A stretch of DNA of 37,965 nt from Microgenomates group bacterium (GCA_049286965.1 JBAQEX010000049.1:1-37965), one strand, 5' to 3'. Shown: positions 1 through 9,007, counted from the stretch's first letter. Program-made: numbers and translations. The notes: generated by a model from the letters alone, not told the origin.

Positions 1-215
1 CTTGGTTTTGTCGCCAAATAAAGGCGTTGATAAAGATGTCAAAGAGTGGGTAGGCAAAGAGAAAGAGATAAAACGAGAGCAGGAGGCGACGGGCGTCTAC
101 GGTGAGTGCATAGTAGTGGGAGAGCTCGGTAGAAAGGCGGTTTTTTATCAATTGAAACATGACTGATATTATAGCCTGATTATGTTAGTTGGGCGGAATT
201 ATACATTGAAAAGCA

Positions 216-237
216 TGTGAGGACAGTCCTTGCAGGG
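216..237. repeat. Palindromic element copy 1 (TGTGAGGAC-A-GTCCTTGCAGGG), upstream of the MFS gene promoter region
   Basis: 9-bp inverted arms (two positions are G-T wobble). Shares the core GAGGACAGTCCTyGCAGG with 1476-1498. Confidence 0.6.
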
Positions 238-276
238 CACGAGTAATTTTGAGCCATTCAAGATATAATTCTTTAC

Positions 277-1503
277 ATGGAAATAACTAGTTGGGCAGAT
301 AAGGCCTTTCCTCTCCATCACATCTCGAATGTGAGACGTTTTTATTTTTTAACTTCGTTTAATAACATGTGGTTTTTGGCGGGAAATTGGATATTTTATT
401 GGCTTCGATTTATGACGTATGGTCAATTGGGAGTCATGGATGCAACGTGCTTTCTCTTTGGTTTGATTATGGAAGTCCCATCTGGAGCAATCGCAGATGT
501 GATTGGGAAGCGTAAGACAGTTGTAATTGGTATGTTTTTGGCTGCATTGGGGTTTCTCTTTATGGGGACTGCCGTTGGACTACCTACTCTTTGGGTGGGA
601 TTTTTGTTGGCCCAGGCTGGCTGGGCCTTTTATTCTGGTGCAGCAGAAGCTTTAACGTATGATTCTCTTGTTGATTTAAAGTGTGAGAATCAGTTTGAAA
701 AAGTAATTACGGCTAGTGGGAGCGTTGCAACAATCACATCTTTGACAGCTACTTTGCTTGGAGGTGTGATGTATGTGCTCTACTGGAGGTCTACACATCT
801 GGGCATGGCCATAGCTTTTTTTGTGGCATTTTTAGTAGCACTTGGGCTTACTGAGCCTAAAACAGACACCAATAAGTTTAGTTTTAAAATCTGGTGGAGC
901 TCACTTATTGATGGTAGTCGACAATTATTGCTTCCGGCTTTAAAGCCATTTATTATTGTGATGCTCATGCTCATGGGAGCTGAGTATTTGTATGAATGGG
1001 GTCTTGTGAAGCCCGCCATTGCAACAAGTTTTGGCTTTTTGGATAGAGGCCAGGCTGTGTTATATACGATATTTGGTTTGATTAATGCCGTGCTTGTAAG
1101 ATATATTCCTACTATTCGAAAATGGGTCGGAGATGAAAAGGGTTTATACTTACTGACTGTGTTTATGGGACTTGGCTTTTTGATGGCTGCCCTTCCCATT
1201 GGATATTTTGGACTACTTCCAATGTTAATAATTACTATATCTGGATATTTAGTTTACCCATGGATTTCGATTGTTGTTAACAAAGAAATAGAAGCAAAGC
1301 ACAGGGCAACTGCCCTATCTACTGTTGCCCTAATAACAAAAATACCGTATGTCCTTGTGGCCGTAATCGCGGGGAGGATGGCACAGGGCGGGGAGCTTTG
1401 GAAGTTTAATGTTTGGGTTGGGGGAGTAATAATAGGGGCGATGCTATTGAATATTGTAATCGCAAAGGTTAATGACCTGCGAGGACAGTCCTCGCAGGCG
1501 TAA
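277..1503 (+). CDS. MFS transporter
   Basis: 408-aa ORF with a multi-TM hydrophobic profile. MFS motif-A-like GAIADVIGKRKT after TM2. TATAAT at 264-269 lies 7 nt upstream of the ATG. Confidence 0.8.
   Translation: MEITSWADKAFPLHHISNVRRFYFLTSFNNMWFLAGNWIFYWLRFMTYGQLGVMDATCFLFGLIMEVPSGAIADVIGKRKTVVIGMFLAALGFLFMGTAVGLPTLWVGFLLAQAGWAFYSGAAEALTYDSLVDLKCENQFEKVITASGSVATITSLTATLLGGVMYVLYWRSTHLGMAIAFFVAFLVALGLTEPKTDTNKFSFKIWWSSLIDGSRQLLLPALKPFIIVMLMLMGAEYLYEWGLVKPAIATSFGFLDRGQAVLYTIFGLINAVLVRYIPTIRKWVGDEKGLYLLTVFMGLGFLMAALPIGYFGLLPMLIITISGYLVYPWISIVVNKEIEAKHRATALSTVALITKIPYVLVAVIAGRMAQGGELWKFNVWVGGVIIGAMLLNIVIAKVNDLRGQSSQA
1476..1498. repeat. Palindromic element copy 2 (CCTGCGAGGAC-A-GTCCTCGCAGG) inside the last codons of the MFS gene
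   Basis: Perfect 11-bp inverted arms around one central nt. Encodes ..DLRGQSSQA and ends 2 nt before the TAA stop. Confidence 0.7.
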
Positions 1504-1566
1504 TAGATATGTATTACCTGGTAGTGTTAGTTTAGACGATTTTAAATCGAATCAGGGAGATTTGTT

Positions 1567-2757
1567 TCAATTTGTTTCTTTACTGATCTCTCGTGACAAG
1601 AAAATTGCAGAGGGTAAAACTAAAATGATACCAATTGCTGCTGAATATCCAAGGGTTTTGCTGGCACCGCCGTGTTCCATTAAGTAACCAATCAAGGGTC
1701 CAGCTAAGGATATAAGGATATTGCCCAAGAGGGAAATAGCAGAGAGACTGGTGGCACGGTAGCGGGACTCGAGCTCGACGTTTTGGAGGCGAGCGAGAAT
1801 GGGGTTGCGCATGCCATCGGACATTTTGCGCAAGTAAACACTAGAGACGGCCCCAAATTTGGATTCGATAAAGGATAATGCGGAGCCAAGGGCTTGAAAT
1901 AGGGTCAGGATGATTGGGATATTTTTGTCCCCGAATTTGAGTACGAGTGGGATGAGTTTGGTACCAAAGGCGCGAATTAAATAAGTGCCAGAGACTAGGA
2001 GAGCGAGCCAGGTGGCTGGGAAACCCCCTTCTGCTAGACGTGGCTCATAAAGATACCAAAGCCCGACGTAAGCGACAAAGTTGATGAGGATACTAAAGAG
2101 TGAGATGGCGCGGATTTTGTTGTTGCGGAAAATGTGTAAGAATCCTTCCCAGTTTTGGCGAAGGTAAACTTTTAAATTGACTTTGACACTGTCTAGCTCT
2201 GGTTCTTCTAGTCCAAATGATGAGATTAGGGCGCCAACAGATACTAGGGTGGTAGCGATATATGGGAGTTGATGATGAAGTGTATAAAGATATCCGCCGA
2301 GGGTACTAGAGATGGCCATGCCTATGGTGCACCAGAAAAAAGTGTCGGCTTGTACTTTTTGATAATCTTCCTCCCCTACTCCATTTTCTTTCATAGAATC
2401 GAAGAGTAGAGCGTCGAGGGCGCCAGACTCAAAGGCCCAGTTCGCGAGATAGAGAATATTCCCGATCAGAAACATCCAAAAATTGGTAGCAAAAATAAAA
2501 ATTGTAAAGCCAATGACCCCAAGGACTCGGCCAAAAATAACCGTGTTTTTGCGACCCCAGAGATCGGCGAGAGCTCCTGAAGGAAGTTCGAGGAGCAACT
2601 GTACAAATAGGCTAATTGAAGTAACTAGTGCAATTTCTTCCCATGAGAGATAGTTACGCCAGATAAGTACCCAAACTCCAATAAATACGGCAAACCACTG
2701 GAAAATTGAGGTCCAAAGGAAGTATTTGATGTTCTTTTTGTAGTTTGTTTTGAACAT
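1567..2757 (-). CDS. MFS transporter (paralog-like, convergent with 277-1503)
   Basis: Multi-TM ORF with motif A GALADLWGRKNT. Start trimmed from 2835 to ATG 2757 (MFKTNYKK), 9 nt after the stop of the upstream gene at 2766. Confidence 0.8.
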   Translation of the reverse strand: MFKTNYKKNIKYFLWTSIFQWFAVFIGVWVLIWRNYLSWEEIALVTSISLFVQLLLELPSGALADLWGRKNTVIFGRVLGVIGFTIFIFATNFWMFLIGNILYLANWAFESGALDALLFDSMKENGVGEEDYQKVQADTFFWCTIGMAISSTLGGYLYTLHHQLPYIATTLVSVGALISSFGLEEPELDSVKVNLKVYLRQNWEGFLHIFRNNKIRAISLFSILINFVAYVGLWYLYEPRLAEGGFPATWLALLVSGTYLIRAFGTKLIPLVLKFGDKNIPIILTLFQALGSALSFIESKFGAVSSVYLRKMSDGMRNPILARLQNVELESRYRATSLSAISLLGNILISLAGPLIGYLMEHGGASKTLGYSAAIGIILVLPSAIFLSREISKETN

Positions 2758-2765
2758 AGATGTAA

Positions 2766-3416
2766 TTATGCACCATATTGTCTGGCGATGAAGTTGCAGA
2801 ATTCTGGAGTTAACCCGTAATCTGGTTTGTACCAATTACTTCGATACATTTCACTCTGCATTTCTCCTCTTGGAACCATCTCACAAATTGCATTTACTAT
2901 CGTGAGATCACTTTTGGGATGACCCTGGCGTTTTTCATAAGCTCTTTTACCACGTACCGCAAAGCCATAACCATCAACTAATAAACTTGTTATGAGAATA
3001 TTTAAATCTTCCAATGTTGAGAGTTCTTTTTTATCGACAAAAGTGTAGTAACCACGACGCATAAGTTTAAGAAATCCTTGAAAAAATAACAATGTGGAGG
3101 GCTCATCTTGTGGCAGTTCTGAAAGAATTGGAAGATTTTCTCCTGGCTCTAGTATCTTTTTCGCTAGAAATGCTGACTCTTTTTGATAAGGACCATTAAA
3201 GCCTACTTTTTGTCTAATATAATTAAAGTTGCCTATCCCCCTATTTAACTGTCCCCCACGCTTAGATACCGAAACCCTACCTTCTGGAGTTTGTGAATAT
3301 CTAAATACTCGCTTGAGGTTTTCTTCACCTATTTCTACCAGATGAGGTCTTTCGCCAGCACTCCAGTAAGAATGGGCAATATCAAAATATTTATTTGATG
3401 TTCTTTCAAAATTCAT
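2766..3416 (-). CDS. Hypothetical protein (no family recognised)
   Basis: Long ORF. Start trimmed to ATG 3416 (MNFERTS), which has AGGAG about 9 nt upstream. Visibly AT-rich compared with its neighbours. Confidence 0.6.
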   Translation of the reverse strand: MNFERTSNKYFDIAHSYWSAGERPHLVEIGEENLKRVFRYSQTPEGRVSVSKRGGQLNRGIGNFNYIRQKVGFNGPYQKESAFLAKKILEPGENLPILSELPQDEPSTLLFFQGFLKLMRRGYYTFVDKKELSTLEDLNILITSLLVDGYGFAVRGKRAYEKRQGHPKSDLTIVNAICEMVPRGEMQSEMYRSNWYKPDYGLTPEFCNFIARQYGA

Positions 3417-3479
3417 GTCTATACTCCTAAACAAATACTGCTGGAGAGTTTACATTACAGGCTTAAGTATGTTAAGCTG

Positions 3480-4247
3480 ATGTTCATAATGATAAACATG
3501 CGACTACATCAAGTGATTAAACAAATAGGGCTGAGCGGCAAACACGCGCTCGTATATGAATTGCTGCTCGATAAACCCAATGCCACTCCCCTGCAGCTGG
3601 CACGGGAAACTAAGCTTAATCGATCATCGCTCTACAGATATCTGGAAGAACTAAGAGAGAAGGGGCTTGTGCAACTGCTGCTGGGCGATAAATCGAGTAG
3701 ATATAGGGCCAATCCTGATGGGTTGAGTCAGTACTTGATGAGTGAAGAGTCGCGGGTGGAAAATCTCAAGAAGACCATCCCCGCGCTCGTGAGTGAGCTG
3801 GCAAAAACAAGCCAAGGAGCAGAGTCGGAAGTAAAGTACTTCCAGGGGGTGGAGGGACTTAAGCAAATGCTTTGGAATGTGGTGGACCAGAAAGATGAAT
3901 TTTTGGGCCTAGGCTACCAGGACTGGAATACCACGGTGGGGAAAAATTATGCAGACAAGTTGAGACAAAAAATGCTAGATAACAAAGTGATTTCTAGGGA
4001 GATACTAAATCAAGTTGATGATACCTTTGGATACACGTCGCTTGGCAAGAGCTATACCCAAGTCTATGAACACCGAGCCATTGACCCTAAGGTCCTCGAG
4101 ATTAAGCATGATACTTATATCTACGGCGATGTGTTTGCTTACTATTATCACTACGAGGGCGAATATTTTGGGGTAGAGATACATAATAAGGAAATAGCAA
4201 AAACTGAGCGACATATGTTTGAGATTTTGTGGAGGATGGCAAAATGA
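3480..4247 (+). CDS. TrmB-like winged-helix transcriptional regulator
   Basis: N-terminal wHTH pattern LSGKHALVYELLLDKPNATPLQLARETKLNRSSLYRYLEELREKGLV. C-terminal domain not recognised. Start ambiguous among ATG 3480/3489/3498. Confidence 0.6.
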   Translation: MFIMINMRLHQVIKQIGLSGKHALVYELLLDKPNATPLQLARETKLNRSSLYRYLEELREKGLVQLLLGDKSSRYRANPDGLSQYLMSEESRVENLKKTIPALVSELAKTSQGAESEVKYFQGVEGLKQMLWNVVDQKDEFLGLGYQDWNTTVGKNYADKLRQKMLDNKVISREILNQVDDTFGYTSLGKSYTQVYEHRAIDPKVLEIKHDTYIYGDVFAYYYHYEGEYFGVEIHNKEIAKTERHMFEILWRMAK

Positions 4248-4693
4248 ATAAAAGTTTGAGATTTTGGGCGAGTTTGGAGCTATATTTGCGCAAAGTTGCG
4301 GGGAGGTCTCCCCTGCCATGGCCTGCCTGGGGGATTGGACTAGTTTTGGTCGTGTTTGGCACATCTCTCAAATATTCACGAGATTCGGTGGCGGGGGCGA
4401 GAAATACGAGAGAGGTGGTCATCACTGCTGCTAAGCGCGGAGACTACGAGACAGCGAGAGAATTATTAAACCATTACTCCATTAGACCATTAGACCAATT
4501 GGAAGACCTGGTTTATCCAGAGAGAAAAGTGGAGACGAGAATTGCTGAGCTAGAGAACAAACTAGAAATTTACCCGGAAAACAGAGAGATTTATCTGGGG
4601 ATTGCGGAGCTGTATAGGCAGCTGGGTAATGAGGAAAAGACGCAAGAATATAGAGAAAGGGCCAGGATTTTGGATCCGAATGGGGGCGAGTAA
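4244..4693 (+). CDS. Membrane-anchored TPR-like protein
   Basis: ATG 4244 overlaps the previous stop (ATGA), with GGAGG 8 nt upstream. One hydrophobic helix (WGIGLVLVVFG). TPR-like IYLGIAELYRQLGNEEKTQEYRERARILDP. Confidence 0.55.
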   Translation: MNKSLRFWASLELYLRKVAGRSPLPWPAWGIGLVLVVFGTSLKYSRDSVAGARNTREVVITAAKRGDYETARELLNHYSIRPLDQLEDLVYPERKVETRIAELENKLEIYPENREIYLGIAELYRQLGNEEKTQEYRERARILDPNGGE

Positions 4694-4726
4694 ATATCCT
4701 GTGAGGAGACACCTCCCAGCTTTGCT

Positions 4727-4788
4727 GTCCCGACTTGGCATTCTGCCACGTCTCCTGTTGAGGAGTCTCCTCAAAATCAGGTCAGACC
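4727..4788. repeat. Degenerate family-A-like element with central hairpin TTGAGGAG-T-CTCCTCAA (4758-4774)
   Basis: Left end GTCCCGACTTGG..GTCTCCTGTT resembles GGTCCGACCTGGTCTCCTGTT of copy 13324-13345. Right end is AGGTCAGACCTT. Lies in the convergent gap between 4693 and 4799. Confidence 0.35.
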
Positions 4789-4798
4789 TTCAAAATAG

Positions 4799-5497
4799 TT
4801 ACTCTTTTTTGGCGGCAGGAGCAGGTTTAGAGTCGCCCTCTGCGGATTTGGCGTCACCTTCGGCTGGCTTGGCGGCGTCTCCCTCTGCTGGAGCCTCTGC
4901 ACCCTCAACTGGCTCTGGAGCAGCAACTACTTCTTCTTTGGCTGGCTCTTGGATGGTAGCGATGACTTCTTCATCGTCCACTTCGGCGGTCACTTTGGAG
5001 CGATCAAATTTGAGGTCTTTGGCGTGAATAGTTGCCCCTACTTCGGTAAGAGATGAGATATCGACTTCGATGACATCTGGTAGATCGGTGGGGAGAGCTT
5101 CGACATCGAGCTCGTTTTTCATCATGACCAGGACCATCCCAGATTTGACGGCCTCAGATTCACCAACGGCCTTGAGTGGGACGGTGGCAGTGGTTTTTTG
5201 TTTCAGGTCTACTTCGTGAAAATCTACGTGGAGCATGCCGCCAAAAACGGGGTCTTGGGCATAGCCAGATACTAGGACTGGATGGATAGAGTCATCGCCT
5301 TTTACTTTGAGGTGGATGAGGCCAGTCTCCCCTGCTTTACGCATGGTGTCTAGAAGAGTGGCACTTTCGAGTTCAATGGCGATAGATTTGATCTTTTTAC
5401 CAAAGATATTGGCTGGAACTAGGCCCTTGTTTCTGAGCTGTTTGGTCTTCCTACCAAATAAGGTGCGCACGGATGCATTTAGTTCGAAAGTGGTCAT
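4799..5497 (-). CDS. rplY: 50S ribosomal protein L25/Ctc with low-complexity acidic Ala/Pro/Glu tail
   Basis: MTTFELNASVRTLFGRKTKQLRNKGLVPANIFGK matches the L25/Ctc N-terminus. Start trimmed to ATG 5497, preceded by AAAGGGAG. Confidence 0.9.
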   Translation of the reverse strand: MTTFELNASVRTLFGRKTKQLRNKGLVPANIFGKKIKSIAIELESATLLDTMRKAGETGLIHLKVKGDDSIHPVLVSGYAQDPVFGGMLHVDFHEVDLKQKTTATVPLKAVGESEAVKSGMVLVMMKNELDVEALPTDLPDVIEVDISSLTEVGATIHAKDLKFDRSKVTAEVDDEEVIATIQEPAKEEVVAAPEPVEGAEAPAEGDAAKPAEGDAKSAEGDSKPAPAAKKE

Positions 5498-5576
5498 ATA
5501 TCTCCCTTTGGTCGTAATGACCAATAATCAATTTTAAATTTACAATTAATGTTTCAGTTATTATAACAGATCAAGA

Positions 5577-8303
5577 TTATTTCGAAAATTTGACAGTGAT
5601 GCGATGATCGGTATCATTGGTTAAATTGAATTTGAGTTGTTGGGGAGAAAGCTGGCCATCTGGTGAGATAACTGAGGGCTTTAAATACAAGGGGAAATTT
5701 AGATAGACTGTTAGTGGGTCATCTCTTGAAGTCCCGGGCTGTTTTTGCCAGTACCAGGAGTAGAGTGGTGCATCCCCCTGATTAATTTGGGGGGTGAGGT
5801 ATTCTATCTCGACAAGCGACTTGCTGGCGATTGGGACAGTAACTAAGTAGGCAAGTGCTGTCTTGCTATGCTCATTTGTGGTTGTGTAGTCGTTCTCCCC
5901 CAGCGATTTGCCGTCGATTTTGATGCTGGATATGCTCGTGGCGGGCGGGAGATAAATTCGCTCGTAATTCTTGTATGTCCCGGCTGGCCAAGAGGCGGAT
6001 GGCGCGGTATTGTTTAGGGTGATTCGCAACACGTGACTCACTGAGAGATTTTTGTCTAGTGTAATGATTTCCTCGAGATTTCTTTTTAGATAAAAATTGG
6101 CTTTGTTGACACCAAAGTTGCTGTCCACCACCATAACATAGTCTTTGTAACACCCCTGGGTACTAGGACAGGGCAAGTCAAGTATCTTGCCATTCCAGCC
6201 CAAAGTTTCGAAGATGTGCTCGGGAACGGGGTTGAGCACAGAGATGAGGGTATCTTTTTCTTCGATAGAAGTGGCTAGGGCACTCATTAATTTAATGCCT
6301 TCCCCTCCCCCAAGACTAGGCAGCTTGGCGAATAGTGTGTTGGCGACCGTGCTTAAAAATTCTTTTTTTTGAGTACTGCCTGGGAAAAAATTGACTTCGG
6401 CGTGGGACTGGGCGCGTTCATAGAGGTTGTCGGGAGTGATGGTTTCATCATAATCGGAGATTTTGAGAGGGCCAGTGGCTGATAGTAGTCCAGAGAGAGT
6501 ATTGATGTTTACTGCGATCGTGCCATCTAAATCTTGGTTGAGGGTTTTTTTGATAAACCATTCGGCGCGCCTGGCGCTTGTGGGATAATCAGGGTCAAAG
6601 TTGCTGTCGCGTAGATACCAATTGGCTTCTCCCAAGATGTCCTTGATGGGGCGAGGTGGATCGACGTGCCCTTTTAGTTGCCCGTCGGCGTCATAGACAT
6701 CGTAAATGGGCATGTCGTAGAGCTTCCCATTTTCGAAAGTAAGGATGGCAAAGGAGCCAATAAAGCCACCAGTTGCACGCAACTCCATATTGTTCTGAAA
6801 TAGTACGCCATATTTGCGCCTGCCACTAAGACCAATGAGGTCGGGAGTAGAGGCGAGCACGGCACGCATGGTAGTGATGGTGCGCTTGATTGAAGCAAGT
6901 TTGGATTTGGTGGTTTTGTAGGAATCTTGATACCTGGCGGGGATGATGTTTGGGGCGGTTTGTGGGAGCTGGCCGTCCAAGAGAGATAGTTTTTGGTAAA
7001 GTTCTTCTGCCTGTAGCCGGCTCAGGCTGATGATTTGAGCGCCATCCCCTTCTCCTGAACCAAAGACATATTTTGAGAGGCTAGAAGTGGACTTGTTTAG
7101 TTTGGTGGCGGTATCAAAGATCGAGAGAGATTGAACGTAGGCATCCATTAGTAGATTGGCGGAGGAGGCGGAGGCGGTATGTGATAAACCGGTGACAGTG
7201 GTGAGGGCAACTAGATTGGCTCTCAAATAAGTAACACAAAAACTATTGAGCTTGTTGGGAGTGGGGAGCTCGCCCTGGCTAATAACTTTAGAAATATTTC
7301 TCAGGGAAAGTAGCGAGATGGTAGAGGTAAATGCTAGGGTTCCTAGATATAGCGCAATGGCAATAAATAGCCCTCGGACAATAACGGTGCGGATGCTGGG
7401 GGGCCCAGCTTTTTTTATTATTCTGGAGGGGCGATGGTTTTGAAGTGGCACAAAAATGGCTTGAGAGTATTTTAGCGGTGTAAGTTTTTTGAGTGGTGCC
7501 TGAAGTTCTTTTAGCTGTGCTACTGGCGGCACTACTGGTGAGACTACTTTTTCATCTTCGGTTGTGATGGTGAGTGAACGGGCGAAATTTTTGATGTATG
7601 TTTCGGGATTTTCGAGAAGTTGAAACTTTAATTGCTCTAGGGAAGCTTCGGAGCGCATTGTGTCTAGAACTGTCTCCCCTGCCCCCTCCTCGCTCGTAAA
7701 GTTGAGGTTAATTTTGAAGGGGAGACTGGTCCTAATGAGATAGGCCAAGTTTAAGAGTGAGATGCCTACGGGGTTGGCAAGGATATAGCTCTCCCCTGCT
7801 CTGGCGGCGGGAGATAATACAGCGAGTGCAACCAGGTGCGCAAGATCGCTGATGCCCAAAAAGCTGACTTCGCTGAGCCCATCTCCACTTATTTCGATAG
7901 TTTTGCGAGACTGAATACTGGAAATCCACCGCTCTAAAATGTCGGACTGGTATTCCGAAGGGCCTACATAATCGGAATATTTGATTGTTTTAAATGCGTT
8001 TGGTAAAAATGCGCTTGAATTGGACAAAATATGCGAAATAGAAACCAACTTTGACTCTCCCGTGGAGACAAGAGATTTAATGATGGGCTCGAATTTTTTT
8101 TGGTCGTAATCTGGAAATACTAAAACAACATCTAGGTCGTGCGTGTCTCTGAGGCTTTCTATTTCAACGTGATTTGCGGGCGAGATAGTCTTGAGACCCA
8201 GTTTATTTAATTCGCTGATAATCCCTGATCTTAGGTCCGCTGGGCCACCCAAAACCACGACCCCCTGTCCCCTAGTTTCGATGGTGTACGTCCGTGAAGT
8301 CAT
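5577..8303 (-). CDS. DUF4012 domain-containing membrane protein
   Basis: RATGGFIGSFAILTFENGKLYD motif typical of DUF4012. One TM near aa 310-335. N-terminal Rossmann-like VVVLGGPADLRSGII. Confidence 0.7.
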   Translation of the reverse strand: MTSRTYTIETRGQGVVVLGGPADLRSGIISELNKLGLKTISPANHVEIESLRDTHDLDVVLVFPDYDQKKFEPIIKSLVSTGESKLVSISHILSNSSAFLPNAFKTIKYSDYVGPSEYQSDILERWISSIQSRKTIEISGDGLSEVSFLGISDLAHLVALAVLSPAARAGESYILANPVGISLLNLAYLIRTSLPFKINLNFTSEEGAGETVLDTMRSEASLEQLKFQLLENPETYIKNFARSLTITTEDEKVVSPVVPPVAQLKELQAPLKKLTPLKYSQAIFVPLQNHRPSRIIKKAGPPSIRTVIVRGLFIAIALYLGTLAFTSTISLLSLRNISKVISQGELPTPNKLNSFCVTYLRANLVALTTVTGLSHTASASSANLLMDAYVQSLSIFDTATKLNKSTSSLSKYVFGSGEGDGAQIISLSRLQAEELYQKLSLLDGQLPQTAPNIIPARYQDSYKTTKSKLASIKRTITTMRAVLASTPDLIGLSGRRKYGVLFQNNMELRATGGFIGSFAILTFENGKLYDMPIYDVYDADGQLKGHVDPPRPIKDILGEANWYLRDSNFDPDYPTSARRAEWFIKKTLNQDLDGTIAVNINTLSGLLSATGPLKISDYDETITPDNLYERAQSHAEVNFFPGSTQKKEFLSTVANTLFAKLPSLGGGEGIKLMSALATSIEEKDTLISVLNPVPEHIFETLGWNGKILDLPCPSTQGCYKDYVMVVDSNFGVNKANFYLKRNLEEIITLDKNLSVSHVLRITLNNTAPSASWPAGTYKNYERIYLPPATSISSIKIDGKSLGENDYTTTNEHSKTALAYLVTVPIASKSLVEIEYLTPQINQGDAPLYSWYWQKQPGTSRDDPLTVYLNFPLYLKPSVISPDGQLSPQQLKFNLTNDTDHRITVKFSK

Positions 8304-8545
8304 AGATCAATCCTAACACGATAACAACTTTTAGAATGAGGAGATTGATATTGTTTTTACGTTTTTTTCTGGCTGTTTGTCCAGGTCTGTTATTATCTTT
8401 TTTCCTGTGTTTGTGTTCTTACTTTCTTTTGCACGTTTTTCTTTGCCATGCGAAATCACGAGAAATACCTCTGGGAAATTGTTTAAAATTTAGAGAAATT
8501 AAAACTGACCGGCCTCCCAGACTACTTCGTGTCTGGAGACATATC

Positions 8546-9007
8546 TCAGGCGCTATCGCGCTTGATGTGATCTAGGGCTTCGTTTACGAGGGCATCTGCT
8601 ACGGAGTTGCCTTCGCGGTATGTGTGATCGATCGACCACTTGGGGAGTTTGGCTAGGAGACCCCTCACCTCTTGGTATTTGGGAAGTAAACCAGGATTCT
8701 TGACTTTAAATAGACCCTTGATTTGATTGACGATGAGTAGTGAATCCATTTTGATGACCAATTCAGCATTGGGCTCATTTTCTACCACCCACTTGACGCC
8801 GTGCACGAGGGCTTCGTATTCGGCGATGTTGTTGGTTGTAACCCCGATATATTTACCGCATTTTTCCAGAATGATTACCGCGTCAGCCTGGTGGCTTCCG
8901 CGAGTCAGGCCCGCTTCCAGGTGTGTAATATCTTGGATCACGTAGCCGTAAGCCGCGGGGCCTGGATTGCCGCGGGAACCACCATCGGTGTTTAGTAAAA
9001 GTTTCAT
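8546..9007 (-). CDS. rnhA: Ribonuclease HI
   Basis: NTDGGSRGNPGPAAYG, NNIAEYEAL and REGNSVADALVN motifs of RNase H. Start overlaps the stop of the upstream gene (ATGA at 9004-9007). Confidence 0.85.
   Translation of the reverse strand: MKLLLNTDGGSRGNPGPAAYGYVIQDITHLEAGLTRGSHQADAVIILEKCGKYIGVTTNNIAEYEALVHGVKWVVENEPNAELVIKMDSLLIVNQIKGLFKVKNPGLLPKYQEVRGLLAKLPKWSIDHTYREGNSVADALVNEALDHIKRDSA

Noticed and set aside
1-21. Possible 3' end of an upstream CDS (frame 1 reads LGFVAK then stop).
   Set aside because: Only six codons are visible, so nothing can be supported.
780-1199. Antisense or shadow ORFs overlapping long recognisable genes. Examples: 780-1199, 1472-1687, 3651-3866, 4005-4425, 14144-14868, 15316-15843, 17305-17798, 19341-19712, 21764-22486, 24546-24884, 26418-26831, 27141-27758, 27830-28336, 29184-29660, 36397-36742, 36764-37195.
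   Set aside because: Each lies inside a longer ORF on the other strand or in another frame that has clear family motifs. Their translations are low-complexity or compositionally biased, and none has independent start signals.
4602-5027. 141-aa Ala/Ser/Leu-rich plus-strand ORF downstream of the TPR gene.
   Set aside because: It is antisense to the repetitive GC-rich tail of rplY. The lack of stops is explained by the low-complexity repeat, not by coding potential.
8336-8575. 79-aa ORF in the T-rich gap between rnhA and the DUF4012 gene.
   Set aside because: The Phe/Leu/Cys-rich translation is a by-product of the T-rich strand. The ORF overlaps the rnhA 3' end, and the region is better explained as the A-rich leader/promoter of the minus-strand DUF4012 gene. 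The hairpin at 8516-8536 (CCCAGAC..GTCTGG) is too weak, with a distant U-run, to call as a terminator.
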